Shown: positions 27,646-37,824, numbered from the stretch's first letter. The stretch is DNA of 64,000 bases from Promethearchaeota archaeon (GCA_014728035.1 WJMJ01000022.1:64001-128000), one strand, 5' to 3'. The notes: generated by a model not told the origin, from the letters alone. Numbers and translations: made by a program.

Positions 27646-28482
27646 CTAGTTAATTGGAAGTTGTATCTCTGTCATTAGTTGTTCAGGAGCTACTTCCTGG
27701 GGACTGTTAAGATACAGTTCCATTAGTGGACCGGTGATTTCATATCCGTTTTCGATTACGAACTCATGCAATCTGGCGTAACCTTGACCGATTTCCGGAT
27801 ATGGGCCTCGATATGTTGTAGTAGCAACTCCTGCTTCAGGAATTGTTCGTATTTGAAGGTCTTCAGCATCTATTGTGACTCGTCCAGTTATAGGAACTGC
27901 AATTTCGAAATCAGCATTCTCTGGAGTGAATTCCTTTCCATGATGAAGGAACATTATTGGTCCAACAATGCTTACCATATTTCTCTGATTTTCGGGACGG
28001 TAGATTTCCTGCATTATTCTTCCAATCATAGGAGCAATTTGCTGAATCGGGGCGGTTTTTCTTAAAGCCACCACTCGAATATCAGGTACCTGTTTAATAC
28101 TGGGTTTGGTAGTTCTGATATAGAATAGTTCTAGAGATTTTTCTTTGTCTAAGAGAATCTTTCTCACGTGTTTTAGACGTTCGATTTCCTTTTCCGTTTC
28201 TTTCAATCGTTTATCAAACAGCCTATTGAGTAATGAAGTATCCTCGCTCTCAGAAGCCTTCAACAAATCTCTTATCTCTTCCAAGCCGAAACCTAACCAA
28301 GATAGTAATTTAATCTTGACTCCTGTTTCAATTTGTGGAATGGTATAATACCGGTAACCAGTTAGTGTGTCTTTCTCTTCTGGGATTAGAAGCCCCTTCT
28401 TATCATAGAGTCTAAGCGCTTTTGGAGTGAGCTGAGTGATAATGGAAAATCTTCCAATGGGAATCTTTGAGAGTTCAGACAT
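27646..28482 (-). CDS. MerR-family regulator with GyrI-like effector domain (BmrR-like)
   Basis: IGRFS..TPKALRLYD..GLL.P..TGYRYY; C-terminal GPY..ELYLN..TEIQLP. Confidence 0.92.
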   Translation of the reverse strand: MSELSKIPIGRFSIITQLTPKALRLYDKKGLLIPEEKDTLTGYRYYTIPQIETGVKIKLLSWLGFGLEEIRDLLKASESEDTSLLNRLFDKRLKETEKEIERLKHVRKILLDKEKSLELFYIRTTKPSIKQVPDIRVVALRKTAPIQQIAPMIGRIMQEIYRPENQRNMVSIVGPIMFLHHGKEFTPENADFEIAVPITGRVTIDAEDLQIRTIPEAGVATTTYRGPYPEIGQGYARLHEFVIENGYEITGPLMELYLNSPQEVAPEQLMTEIQLPIN

Positions 28483-28505
28483 AATATCGCACTTTCCTGA
28501 GTTCT

Positions 28506-28534
28506 AAAAAAGGTACGGGAGTTCTAGAACTCCC
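28506..28534 (-). terminator. Perfect 18-bp palindrome GGGAGTTCTAGAACTCCC plus U-tract
   Basis: Palindrome at 28517-28534; T6 follows on the minus strand. Confidence 0.55.
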
Positions 28535-28542
28535 ATTTAATA

Positions 28543-29040
28543 TCATTTGACTGGTAGTTGAAGCTCGGTCTGAAGTTCTTCTGGAGCAACTTCTTGTGGA
28601 TTATTATGATAGAGTTCTCGCAGAGGACCTACAATCTTAAGTCCTCTTTTCTTCGCAAATGCAAATACCTGCCCATAGATGTCCTTGCACAAATCCGAGT
28701 ACGGCCCATAACACATCATTGACACAACCTTACCCCCTGTAATGATATGGTATTCAAGGTCTCCTTGGATTTTTGGCTCCTTACTCACCGGAACAGCTAT
28801 CTCAAATTGCATGTTCTCTGGATCGAATTCTGTATTAAGATCTATATACATCGGTGGTCCTGCAGGATGTACACCACTTCGTGCATTTTCAGACTTGCTA
28901 ATCTCTCCAAAAATTTGTCCCATTGCAGGACCTATCAATTTTGATAAGTCGTTTGTTGTGATGCCTTCAAACTTCTTTCCAATGACTTTCAAATCGGATA
29001 TTTTCTTGATTATTGGTTCTTCTGTTCTCATAGTAATCAT
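28543..29040 (-). CDS. Stand-alone GyrI-like small-molecule binding protein
   Basis: FEIAVPV, GPYS and RELYHNNPQEVAPEELQTELQLP; paralogous to the MerR C-domain. Confidence 0.88.
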   Translation of the reverse strand: MITMRTEEPIIKKISDLKVIGKKFEGITTNDLSKLIGPAMGQIFGEISKSENARSGVHPAGPPMYIDLNTEFDPENMQFEIAVPVSKEPKIQGDLEYHIITGGKVVSMMCYGPYSDLCKDIYGQVFAFAKKRGLKIVGPLRELYHNNPQEVAPEELQTELQLPVK

Positions 29041-29109
29041 TCCGTTATTTGTTGTAGCATTTCACTACAGTATTAATCAGAACTCAAACCAATATAACAC
29101 ACAGGAGTT

Positions 29110-29121
29110 TCACCTAGGTGA
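29110..29121. promoter_or_regulatory. Putative MerR-type operator TCACCTAGGTGA
   Basis: Perfect 12-bp palindrome upstream of a TATA-like TTATATT (29097-29091, minus strand). Confidence 0.4.
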
Positions 29122-29131
29122 GAGTTTCGAA

Positions 29132-29938
29132 TTAGTCATCAATAATTCTCTCATGCCCAATTGGACATGTGCCATATGTACAATCATAAAATCCCTGGTC
29201 ATAAACTACTCTCGTAAGATAGTGGTTTTTACAGTATATCTTATCACATTTTGGACAATATGCATCGATGCCATCTTCAATGAAGGTGTTCTTCTCTAAA
29301 TGATTGTGTACTTCTCGTATGTTCCCTTCATCAAGTAGGTCGAAGATGGAGCTGTTAAGTTGAAAATCAAGAGTCGTACTCTTTGTAATCCCCTTATAGT
29401 TAATTTTTCCACTACCATCATCTGCAATCGGCCCAAGTGTAAAAGATACCGCTAACTCTCCACATACTGCACAGAGAAGATGAAATTCCATTGGGCCCGT
29501 CTTTACTATGGTCTTCTCAGGTGGTGATGACTTCTTTTCAGGTAGATATACTTGAATAGCTTGATGTAGGGATTCGATTACCTTTTGAAACACTTCTTTC
29601 AGATCCTCTTGAATTTTTAAAGACCTATTATTTTGAACTGTTTCTACTTCACTTAGAACCTGCTGAAATTTTTCTTCGGCCACTCTGAGAAATTGCTTTG
29701 CATTATCCGCACGTTGGTTTCTTTCTGTACCTTCCAATGATGGACATGATTTTAGTAGCTGCCATGATGATACCACACTAAAGTATAGGTCTCGTAAATC
29801 TACCTTCCATATGCTATCCATTGAATTGTCTTCTTGAGATTCAAAGAGCTTGAGGATTTCTTCTCTAACTTTGTCCAAAGCGTCTATCTCTCTTCGGATA
29901 TCCCATATTTGTGTATCATCGGGTCTTCTATCGTCCAT
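29132..29938 (-). CDS. Hypothetical protein with C-terminal Zn-binding domain
   Basis: CAVC, YCPKCDKIYCKNH and GTCPIGH. Confidence 0.7.
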   Translation of the reverse strand: MDDRRPDDTQIWDIRREIDALDKVREEILKLFESQEDNSMDSIWKVDLRDLYFSVVSSWQLLKSCPSLEGTERNQRADNAKQFLRVAEEKFQQVLSEVETVQNNRSLKIQEDLKEVFQKVIESLHQAIQVYLPEKKSSPPEKTIVKTGPMEFHLLCAVCGELAVSFTLGPIADDGSGKINYKGITKSTTLDFQLNSSIFDLLDEGNIREVHNHLEKNTFIEDGIDAYCPKCDKIYCKNHYLTRVVYDQGFYDCTYGTCPIGHERIIDD

Positions 29939-30004
29939 ATCACATACTCATAGGTGGAATGCGACTTAAAGCCTCTGGAGAATTCTTCTTTGAAATAATA
30001 AGAA

Positions 30005-30022
30005 AGGTGGGAATTCCCACCT
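30005..30022 (-). terminator. Perfect 18-bp palindrome AGGTGGGAATTCCCACCT
   Basis: 13 nt after the operon stop; T-rich run follows on the minus strand. Confidence 0.5.
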
Positions 30023-30035
30023 CTTACAATCTTTC

Positions 30036-31799
30036 TCAGTATGGTGCTAATATCGTAGCATCAAACGCTTCACGTATCTTCTTAGTCAAGCTCCATAATT
30101 TTGGCATGGTTTCACTCTCTACCATCTCTCTTTCCAATTTTGGATGATTGAAGAAATAGAAACCTTGGTTGAGAGCACGAAGCGTGAATTCACGAAGAGC
30201 TCTTGATGTGAGGTCCTTCTCATGTTGACTGGTAGGATCGATTTGTATAACGAACTCCACACACGCAAAGTGTGGACCAGCTCCAGGAAGTATCATCAAT
30301 CCCCATAGATGCTCTTTTACCGCCTCGGGGTATATCTCCTCTAAGGTTGTAGCAAACAGATCTATACATTCTTGGACTCTGCTTGGAGCAACACGTCCCG
30401 ATTTGAAAAGGAGGCCCCCTTTCTTTCTCATAAGACGAGCTGTGATTTCGTTGTATTCCAGCATCTTTCCTCCTCTAATCAACCAATCGTATCGATAGTC
30501 CTCCATTCCAGAGTTCTTCATCAGGATGTATACCGATTCAGGATCGGCATCTGGATTATGGGGCCAGAAGAAATGTTTCTGATAGTCAGTTGCATCTCGT
30601 ATCTTCTCGGTGTTGATTTCTTTATTCTCGAGGATGGCCTGGAATCTTCTTTCATCTAATTGCACTTTTCTTTTTGTTCCCATGAGGAATAATAGATTTA
30701 CATATTTGATACCTTGAAGAGCCAGAAATCCTTTGAAGACTTCTTGGTATGATTCTCTCTCCTTGTATTTCCTTCCTTTTGTCATGACTTTGATACCCGT
30801 AATCAGAGCTTTGAGCTTGCTTTTGATTGTCGCTTCGACCCGTTCAACATCACGATTTGAATGTTGAGCTGCAAGAGCATTATCCTCTGGCACCCCAATT
30901 AACCCACCAAATCCAATCTCCCGTTCAGCAGCTTCAGTAATGACCCTCATTGAATTCTCAATATTTGTAAATCCATGACACAGAATCTTTACTTTGTCTG
31001 GTTTCTTGTACACCTTGACGCACATCTTAGTAACAATTCCATTGCCACCAACACTCTGATGCGGGAAACCTGTCAAGTCCGGTCCCCATGCTTGTACACT
31101 TACTCTCCCACCATCTAGTTCTGGATCTGTTCTGACTCCTGGTTTTCGATGCTCTATTTTCATTCGTGCATCCACTAATGAGCCAGTCGTTACTATTTCG
31201 CCATTTGGAAGTACCATTTCTACTCCAACAGTTTCCATGGCACCATAACCATACTTTCCTGAGAAGAACTTGAAACCCGCATAGAGGTTATTTCCAACCA
31301 CACTAGCTGAGCCTGGTGCTCCTGGCACATTTATTCTCAGATTGTGTTGCTCAAGTGCTGCTTGCGCTCGGGCATAGCTTACAAAAGGTTCTACTGTAAT
31401 TGTGAGACCGTCACGATCCACTTCTATTACACGATTCATCCGTTTGAAGTCTATCATTATTCCTCGAAACAGTGCAATTGCCATGCCTCCCGTATTCACA
31501 TTAGTTGACATTACATGTACTGGTATTTGATGTTTAGAAGCAATTTTACATACATGTGCAATCTCCTCAGCACTTCCTGGCAAAACAACAATGTCGGGTA
31601 CACGGTAGTCTTCAACGTTGACACTACCACTTCCGGATGAGTCTTTGCTGTATGCTACTCGGATTGCCCAGTCTCTCGAAACATATCTTGATTCAATATT
31701 TGAGGTAAGGTCTTTGACAACCGCTTCTGCTAGCTCTGTATCCATCTCTTCATACTGTGAAAGTATTCTCTTTGATTCATCTAGAATCTGTTTCTCCAT
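30036..31799 (-). CDS. FAD-binding oxidoreductase (PCMH/GlcD-type)
   Basis: PDIVVLPGS.EEI, IDFKRMNR, VEP and MVLPNGEIVTTGS; ATG 31799 with GGAGGT RBS. Confidence 0.85.
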   Translation of the reverse strand: MEKQILDESKRILSQYEEMDTELAEAVVKDLTSNIESRYVSRDWAIRVAYSKDSSGSGSVNVEDYRVPDIVVLPGSAEEIAHVCKIASKHQIPVHVMSTNVNTGGMAIALFRGIMIDFKRMNRVIEVDRDGLTITVEPFVSYARAQAALEQHNLRINVPGAPGSASVVGNNLYAGFKFFSGKYGYGAMETVGVEMVLPNGEIVTTGSLVDARMKIEHRKPGVRTDPELDGGRVSVQAWGPDLTGFPHQSVGGNGIVTKMCVKVYKKPDKVKILCHGFTNIENSMRVITEAAEREIGFGGLIGVPEDNALAAQHSNRDVERVEATIKSKLKALITGIKVMTKGRKYKERESYQEVFKGFLALQGIKYVNLLFLMGTKRKVQLDERRFQAILENKEINTEKIRDATDYQKHFFWPHNPDADPESVYILMKNSGMEDYRYDWLIRGGKMLEYNEITARLMRKKGGLLFKSGRVAPSRVQECIDLFATTLEEIYPEAVKEHLWGLMILPGAGPHFACVEFVIQIDPTSQHEKDLTSRALREFTLRALNQGFYFFNHPKLEREMVESETMPKLWSLTKKIREAFDATILAPY

Positions 31800-31800
31800 T

Positions 31801-33033
31801 TTAATTACCTCCCATAGATTTTCTAACCAATTCCGTAAGTTCAATTACCTCTAAGGGCTTTTCACCTGATTCTAATGCCTCTTTTTTGGCACCATCCTCA
31901 AGTCCTCTTACACAGAATGGGCATGCGGTAACAAAGGTATCAGCACCTTTCTCTCTGGCTTCACTTACTCTAAGTTTAGCGATATATTCTGCATATTCTG
32001 GCAATCCTGCCTTCACGCCTCCACCTGAACCACAACATAGAGTTGCATCCTTTTCTCTATCAAGAGATACTCTTTCAGAACCTGGGATATTATCAATAAC
32101 CTGTCTAGGCTCATCATATACAGCGTCAGGAAACATGTGTCGACCTAGGTGACATGGGTCATGATATGCAATCCTCATGTTCATCGGTTGATTCATTTTA
32201 AGATCTCCCGAGCTGATTTTTTCTGCCATATACTGTGTGATATGGATAGTTTCGAAGGGAAGTGGTTCTCCGAGAATTCTAGGCCAATCTTTCACTACTG
32301 TACGATAACAGCCAGCACAGGAAAAGATGACAGTACCAGCTCCTGATTCATTGATTACTCGTACATTCTCTCTCACTAGACGTTCGACATCATCCAATTG
32401 ACCGGTCCGTATCAAAGGCGACCCACAACAGATTTCTTTCGAACTCACGGAATAGTCTGCACCGGTTGAGTCAAGGATAGAGGTCGTTGCTTTGGCAATA
32501 TCCTGATATCGATATCCAGTCGTACAACCAACAAAATAGAATACATCAGTGTCTGCTTTGTCTCGTTTTGAGTCATTCTCTATCCATGTGTTTCTTTCAC
32601 CGGATTCTCCATATGGATTGTCTACTCTACGTATGCTGTCTGCAAATTTTTTCTGACTAGGCAAAGGACCGATTCCCTGCTCTACTAGTAGGGCTCGAAT
32701 TCCTTCAGTTACGTGGACCGGAAGTACATTTGTATCGTTAACATAACGACACGTTGCCTCGCAAGCTCCACATGTTGTGCAAGAGAATATAATTTGCTCA
32801 AGAGCTTTCGAGTCTCTGATTGGAAATTCTTCTCTTAGTATTGCTCGAGCCAGTTCATTTCTCCCTGGTGAGAAATACGCATCAAAACCAAAATAGAGTC
32901 CTGCTGGACAGGTATCTGAGAATTTTTCGGATTCGGTTATGGATGGTAGAGTATGATAACAGAGTCCACAATGAACACAACTAAGGGCGGATTCTAATAG
33001 TTTCTCTCTTGTAAGTTTTTGTTCTACGGTCAT
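31801..33033 (-). CDS. (Fe-S) oxidoreductase with CCG domains (HdrD/GlcF-like)
   Basis: CVHCGLC, CTTCGAC, ICCG, CAGC, HDPCHLGR, CCGSGGG and TACPFC. Confidence 0.9.
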   Translation of the reverse strand: MTVEQKLTREKLLESALSCVHCGLCYHTLPSITESEKFSDTCPAGLYFGFDAYFSPGRNELARAILREEFPIRDSKALEQIIFSCTTCGACEATCRYVNDTNVLPVHVTEGIRALLVEQGIGPLPSQKKFADSIRRVDNPYGESGERNTWIENDSKRDKADTDVFYFVGCTTGYRYQDIAKATTSILDSTGADYSVSSKEICCGSPLIRTGQLDDVERLVRENVRVINESGAGTVIFSCAGCYRTVVKDWPRILGEPLPFETIHITQYMAEKISSGDLKMNQPMNMRIAYHDPCHLGRHMFPDAVYDEPRQVIDNIPGSERVSLDREKDATLCCGSGGGVKAGLPEYAEYIAKLRVSEAREKGADTFVTACPFCVRGLEDGAKKEALESGEKPLEVIELTELVRKSMGGN

Positions 33034-33035
33034 CT

Positions 33036-34523
33036 CTATGCACCTCCAATGTTGGATGGAATACCTCCTTCACCGTTGAACAGCATGGATGGGTGAAGGA
33101 TATTTTGAGGGTCCATTACTCCTTTTAGCCGTCGCAATGATTGATAGTATGGCTGAAGCTCTGTTCTCTTATAGACAAGTTCGGAAACAATCGAGTTTCG
33201 GGGCACATTGATTATACCTCCATTGTCCATTACAGTTTGGTACATTCCTCTGTAGAGTTGTAGTAAATCCACTTCTCCGATCATCGGTAGATTATCAGGT
33301 TGAATGTTTCTCTCTCCATAGAATATATCGTATTCGCAGAAGTAAGTTCTTCCAAGTTCGATTGAATTCATCAGGAATCCAATCTGTTCATCCTCATTTA
33401 CTCCCACACTCTGAAGATATTCCGTTACTGCTCCTCGAACTGATGATAATCTTCCAGCAGTGGAGTAGTACTCAACTCTGACATGAGGGTCATACTCAAA
33501 ATGATTAATTGCACTGGTGGGTTTCGTAAACTCCTCTTTCAGCATTACTTCAAGTCCAGTGGTTGGTGCATCTCTTGACAAACTCAGATTGTGATCAGCA
33601 GCAGCTTCCTCCAAATCTTTTCTTTCGACTTCAATAAGGTCAGACTCGCCACCAAGTGCAAAGATTGCGTTCCATTTTGGTAAATTGTTGGTAAGCTTGT
33701 CATAAGTTTCTATAGAAGATGCAGCTAGTCCTGCAAGCATTTTGTTATCCAGAAGTAAGACTGACTGGGCTGCTTCTGTAGAAAGGGTCATTTTTCGAGT
33801 GTCTTGGACCAGTTTTTGTAGATTATCACTCTCACAAAAGAGAAACTCGTACTCATTTAGTCTATACTTCATTTTACAGCTGGCTTGAGATACAATACCA
33901 AATGCTCCCATTCCTCCTAGGATAAGTCTTCCAACATCCATTCTTGGTGAAAATGGGCAGTCTCCTTGTGGTGTTCCCGTTTCAAGTCCATCAGACCCGG
34001 TGGCTACCATTTCTCCATCAGTATTAGTAAACATGTAAGTAAGAAGCATCCAGTCCTGTTCATATCCATGACGATTAGCTTCAAGCAATGGATAACGTCC
34101 GTAGTATGTACTTAGAACCGAGGTGTCCGCAGGCATCCGAATGGGTGTGATAACCCGAAATCCATCTTCTTCTAACGATTTGTTCAATTTGCGAAAAGTG
34201 AGCCCTGGTTCGATATCAACACTCATTCCATCAAATGACTTGTTGATAGATATAGTCCCATTTAGTTGACTCATATCTATTATGATACTTTGTTGTGATG
34301 ATAGTGTACTTCCATGAAAATCATAGCTCGAACTAACCGGAACCAATGCAAGTTTGTGCTTTGATGCGATTTTTACAATACTTGAAATTTCGCTTCTATC
34401 GGTTGGTTGAACAACAGCTTGAGCTTGTCCTTCAATCAACGGAAAGAAGCGGTTAATTTGAAATTTATTCAAGACCTGTTCTTCAGCTAAGAAATTACCA
34501 AGGTCTTTTCTCCATTCATTCAT
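33036..34523 (-). CDS. FAD-binding oxidoreductase (PCMH/GlcD/E-type)
   Basis: VVQP..EIS.IVK.A, IDMSQL, IEPG, GAFGIV and C-terminal LK..DPQNIL.P. Confidence 0.82.
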   Translation of the reverse strand: MNEWRKDLGNFLAEEQVLNKFQINRFFPLIEGQAQAVVQPTDRSEISSIVKIASKHKLALVPVSSSYDFHGSTLSSQQSIIIDMSQLNGTISINKSFDGMSVDIEPGLTFRKLNKSLEEDGFRVITPIRMPADTSVLSTYYGRYPLLEANRHGYEQDWMLLTYMFTNTDGEMVATGSDGLETGTPQGDCPFSPRMDVGRLILGGMGAFGIVSQASCKMKYRLNEYEFLFCESDNLQKLVQDTRKMTLSTEAAQSVLLLDNKMLAGLAASSIETYDKLTNNLPKWNAIFALGGESDLIEVERKDLEEAAADHNLSLSRDAPTTGLEVMLKEEFTKPTSAINHFEYDPHVRVEYYSTAGRLSSVRGAVTEYLQSVGVNEDEQIGFLMNSIELGRTYFCEYDIFYGERNIQPDNLPMIGEVDLLQLYRGMYQTVMDNGGIINVPRNSIVSELVYKRTELQPYYQSLRRLKGVMDPQNILHPSMLFNGEGGIPSNIGGA

Positions 34524-34706
34524 TTCCTAAACCTCTCTCTCCTCGACCAAGATTCTATGTCATTATAAAATGAATCAAAGTCATGATGTGCTTTTGAGGC
34601 ACTCAAGTCACATCCTTATCAAATTTACTCAAAAAATAAACTAAAACAATAAACGAATGTTACAGACTGAAAGAAATCTGAAACTTACGAATTCTAAGCT
34701 TGGATC

Positions 34707-34916
34707 CTATTCCGTTGGTTTGTATTCGCCTGTATAAAACTCGTCTAGCTTTCCCTCATCTGATGCCATTTCAGCAAGTCTTGTTCGCTCTCGTACTTGA
34801 TCTTGATTCAAGCATCTATGACATTCTCCACAGTACATCTCTCTGATGTGCCATTTATTGTAACGTTTTCTTCTTTTGGTACTACCACAATATGGGCAAG
34901 GTTCAACATCTGTCAT
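34707..34916 (-). CDS. Small zinc-ribbon protein
   Basis: CPYCG...CGEC; GAGGA RBS. Confidence 0.65.
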   Translation of the reverse strand: MTDVEPCPYCGSTKRRKRYNKWHIREMYCGECHRCLNQDQVRERTRLAEMASDEGKLDEFYTGEYKPTE

Positions 34917-34965
34917 ATCCTCACTTCTGCGTATAAACTGATAAGTATCTTGTAGATAGTCGATA

Positions 34966-35361
34966 GTGGACTATTTTTCTTAGTTCGCAGTAGATGACTT
35001 GTCGTTAGAAAACTACAAAGATGTGGAATGGTTTTAGAACGAAGTAGATGAACCTGATATTCCCTTCACGATTCGTTATTTGGATTGTGGAATTCTTACT
35101 TTATCTATGAAAGCAAAACCTGAGAATCTTGAAATAAAAAATACTCGCTTAAGATCAGTAGATGGTAAAAAAATGTAAGCTTTCCCATTCCCCAACCTAT
35201 ACAATTCGAAACCGATTCCACACTCATTCTCATAAGTATTGATGAAGGCCCACTTTACAAATCTCCCACTACGTGCGACAAATGGGATATCTAGTGATGA
35301 GATGATTCACTGTATTTTGAAAACAGAACGACTTACCGCTGTGAAGACTAATACAGATTGA
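34966..35361 (+). pseudogene. Possible decayed gene remnant
   Basis: One frame reads protein-like across TAG 34981, TAG 35035, TAA 35176 and TAA 35233, within the longest non-coding gap. Confidence 0.25.
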
Positions 35362-35416
35362 CACCTCCCTCTTATAGAGGTGAACTCTGCTGAAAACTGA
35401 CTCAGAACATTATACT

Positions 35417-35467
35417 TATATGGTTTGCATCACAAACTGAAATTATATATGGTTTGTATAACAAACT
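35417..35467. repeat. Tandem 22-bp operator-like repeats containing GTTTG-N5-CAAAC
   Basis: TATATGGTTTGCATCACAAACT (35417-35438) and TATATGGTTTGTATAACAAACT (35446-35467). Confidence 0.6.
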
Positions 35468-35560
35468 ATTATTCGGGAACGAAAGGAAAGTGTAAGGAAT
35501 TAATTCGATTGGTGTTAACCCTCGAAACTTTCGTTTTCACTGTTGGATGGAGTTCTAAAC

Positions 35561-36784
35561 ATGACAGAAAAATCAAAGGTCTACTATGGCTCTGTGATAG
35601 CTGGGCAACCTGAGAGATTTGCAAACCCCTCAGAAAAGCTTGACAAGATACTTGAGCATTTAGACCTGAGTACTATTGAGAAGAAAGACAAGGTTGCAAT
35701 TAAGATGCATCTTGGCTTCAATGATGGATACCAAACAGTACCTGTATTCTTTGTGCGTCGTATTGCTAAGGCAATCAAAGAGAAGGGCGCTTTTCCTTTT
35801 GTGACAGACAATCCCACTGCAGTTTACAATGCAGCAGAACGTGGATATACCTCTGAAACTTGTGGATGTCCTTTGATTCCGATTGCGGGAGTCAAAGATG
35901 GCTATACAACCAAAAAGGAGGTTGGATACAAGGGTGTTGAAGATCTTGACGCAGCTGGTGTCCTTCTAGATGCAGACGTTTTGATTAACTTAACACATAC
36001 GAAAGGACATGGTTCTTGTGGATATGGTGGTGCTTTCAAGAATATAGCACTTGGTGGTTATAGTGGCCCCTCACGATGGCACAAAATTCATGGAGTAGTT
36101 GCTTTTGATTCGTATTTTGATAAAGAAAAAATGACAAAAGAACATATCCTCAAGTTACGTGAAGCATGTCCTAGAGATGCACCAACATGGAGTGAACAGA
36201 GAAAAGAGCCTACTATGGCTTTCTATGCCTGTGATCAATGTCATGGAGCTGAACCTAAACCCTGTGAAAAGGCTGATGATGGATTAACTGGTTGGAAGAT
36301 ACAGAAAGATAACTTCTATGCCTTTCAAGAGTTAATGGCACATGCATCAAAGCTAATTCTGGATTCTTTCGATAAAGAAAAAATGTTTCATCTAAACTTC
36401 ATGATGGACATCACGCCATATTGCGATTGCATGGGAATGGGAATGCCTGCTGTTATTCCTGATATTGGAATCACCGGAAGTCGTGACATTGTAGCTATTG
36501 AGTTTGCTAGTCTTGATCTTATTGGTGAAGCTGGCTTAATCGAAGGTGTTGTGAAGCAAATACCCCATAGCTATATGAGAATCAATCCTGATTTGACTAC
36601 TGACCTTCATCCGTTCCAATTATTACATGGTCCATTCAAAGATCCTTACAAGGTTGCGGAATTTGGTGAAGAAATGGGACTAGGTTCTCGTGAATATGAG
36701 CTTATAGAGGTATTATCACCCAAAGAGACTGGAGAGATGGATAGCTCTGGACACACCTATGAAGGCGGAGCTACATTCTTCTAG
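35561..36784 (+). CDS. DUF362 family Fe-S protein
   Basis: VAIKMHLG, THTKGH..GYGGAFKNIALG, ITPYCDC and DIGI..S.DIVAI; GGAG RBS before ATG 35561. Confidence 0.85.
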   Translation: MTEKSKVYYGSVIAGQPERFANPSEKLDKILEHLDLSTIEKKDKVAIKMHLGFNDGYQTVPVFFVRRIAKAIKEKGAFPFVTDNPTAVYNAAERGYTSETCGCPLIPIAGVKDGYTTKKEVGYKGVEDLDAAGVLLDADVLINLTHTKGHGSCGYGGAFKNIALGGYSGPSRWHKIHGVVAFDSYFDKEKMTKEHILKLREACPRDAPTWSEQRKEPTMAFYACDQCHGAEPKPCEKADDGLTGWKIQKDNFYAFQELMAHASKLILDSFDKEKMFHLNFMMDITPYCDCMGMGMPAVIPDIGITGSRDIVAIEFASLDLIGEAGLIEGVVKQIPHSYMRINPDLTTDLHPFQLLHGPFKDPYKVAEFGEEMGLGSREYELIEVLSPKETGEMDSSGHTYEGGATFF

Positions 36785-36797
36785 TTTAGAATACTGT

Positions 36798-36820
36798 GAC
36801 AGGTAAATTCAGTGCCTGTC
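36798..36820. terminator. Hairpin between convergent genes
   Basis: GACAGG/CCTGTC stem. Confidence 0.4.
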
Positions 36821-36826
36821 CCTATT

Positions 36827-37711
36827 CTATCTTTTATCAGTATCAACAATATCTTTCTTGTCATCTTTTCCATTTCTAGTTGCAACAACAATCAGTACTA
36901 AAAAGATAACTACGGCAATTACACCAGCCACTGGATTTTGTACCAGTGTATCAAATATTGTATAAATACCTAATAATACCGCTGCGGTACCTACCGTTGG
37001 AATTAGCCGGTCTGGTTTTACAGCACTTACAAAATACGCTGCAAAAGGAGCTGATAGAATAGCACCAATCAGCAATGGAATCTCGAGCTGCAGAAACAGA
37101 TCAAGATTTAGTTCGGTTCTTTCTAGTAATACATAGAGTGCATAAGAGGTTCCGGTTGTAACTGCTTCTGCAGTAGCTGTAGAAGCTACCGCTTTTCTGC
37201 TCTCTCTCCCAGACAAGATTTGCCCTCCAGCTACTACTGCTCCATATCCTCCTCCACTCAAACTCTTATTTAATGAAGCGATAAATCCAATGATAGTGAC
37301 TTTTCTGTAATTGAAACTCCATCTGAATTTTTGAGCCACAAGACTTCCAGTAATTATTACAGTAATGGCAACATATATTGTAATAAAAAGCTCAGAAAAC
37401 GACACTGCAATACCCACTCCAACAGCTGCTCCTATCATTCCCATAGTTGACAAAATGGCTGATACCTTGAAGTCTTTGGATTCTGGGTCCGAACTAATAG
37501 TACCTGCAAGTCTATGAAGAAGAGCCGTGATGGCGGATGACACAAATTCCGAGAATAATATTGCTGGGACTACTCTATAGACTGAATATCCTCCAATTAT
37601 CAGAACTGGTGCAAGAATTGTACCATATCCAAGTCCAAGTGTGGAATCAAAATATTTGCTAATGAAACCTGTTATGCACAATAATATGAATAATAGTGTA
37701 AACAAATCCAT
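36827..37711 (-). CDS. Sulfite exporter TauE/SafE family protein
   Basis: DSTLGLGYGTILAP and SGGGYG repeat motifs; multiple TMs. Confidence 0.85.
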   Translation of the reverse strand: MDLFTLLFILLCITGFISKYFDSTLGLGYGTILAPVLIIGGYSVYRVVPAILFSEFVSSAITALLHRLAGTISSDPESKDFKVSAILSTMGMIGAAVGVGIAVSFSELFITIYVAITVIITGSLVAQKFRWSFNYRKVTIIGFIASLNKSLSGGGYGAVVAGGQILSGRESRKAVASTATAEAVTTGTSYALYVLLERTELNLDLFLQLEIPLLIGAILSAPFAAYFVSAVKPDRLIPTVGTAAVLLGIYTIFDTLVQNPVAGVIAVVIFLVLIVVATRNGKDDKKDIVDTDKR

Positions 37712-37824
37712 TTTATTTCAGTCTATCATCAACACTTTTTCTAGGGATAGTATGAACATATTTTAATTTACCAGTATTGTACAATATTGGTAGATTGATG
37801 CTTTGCGATATCCTATAGCCTATA

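Noticed and set aside
34966-35178. Pyrrolysine read-through of two in-frame TAG codons
   Set aside because: No pyl genes in the window, no recognisable protein family, and TAA stops follow in the same frame
35417-35467. CRISPR array
   Set aside because: Only two 22-bp units with a 7-bp gap and no cas genes
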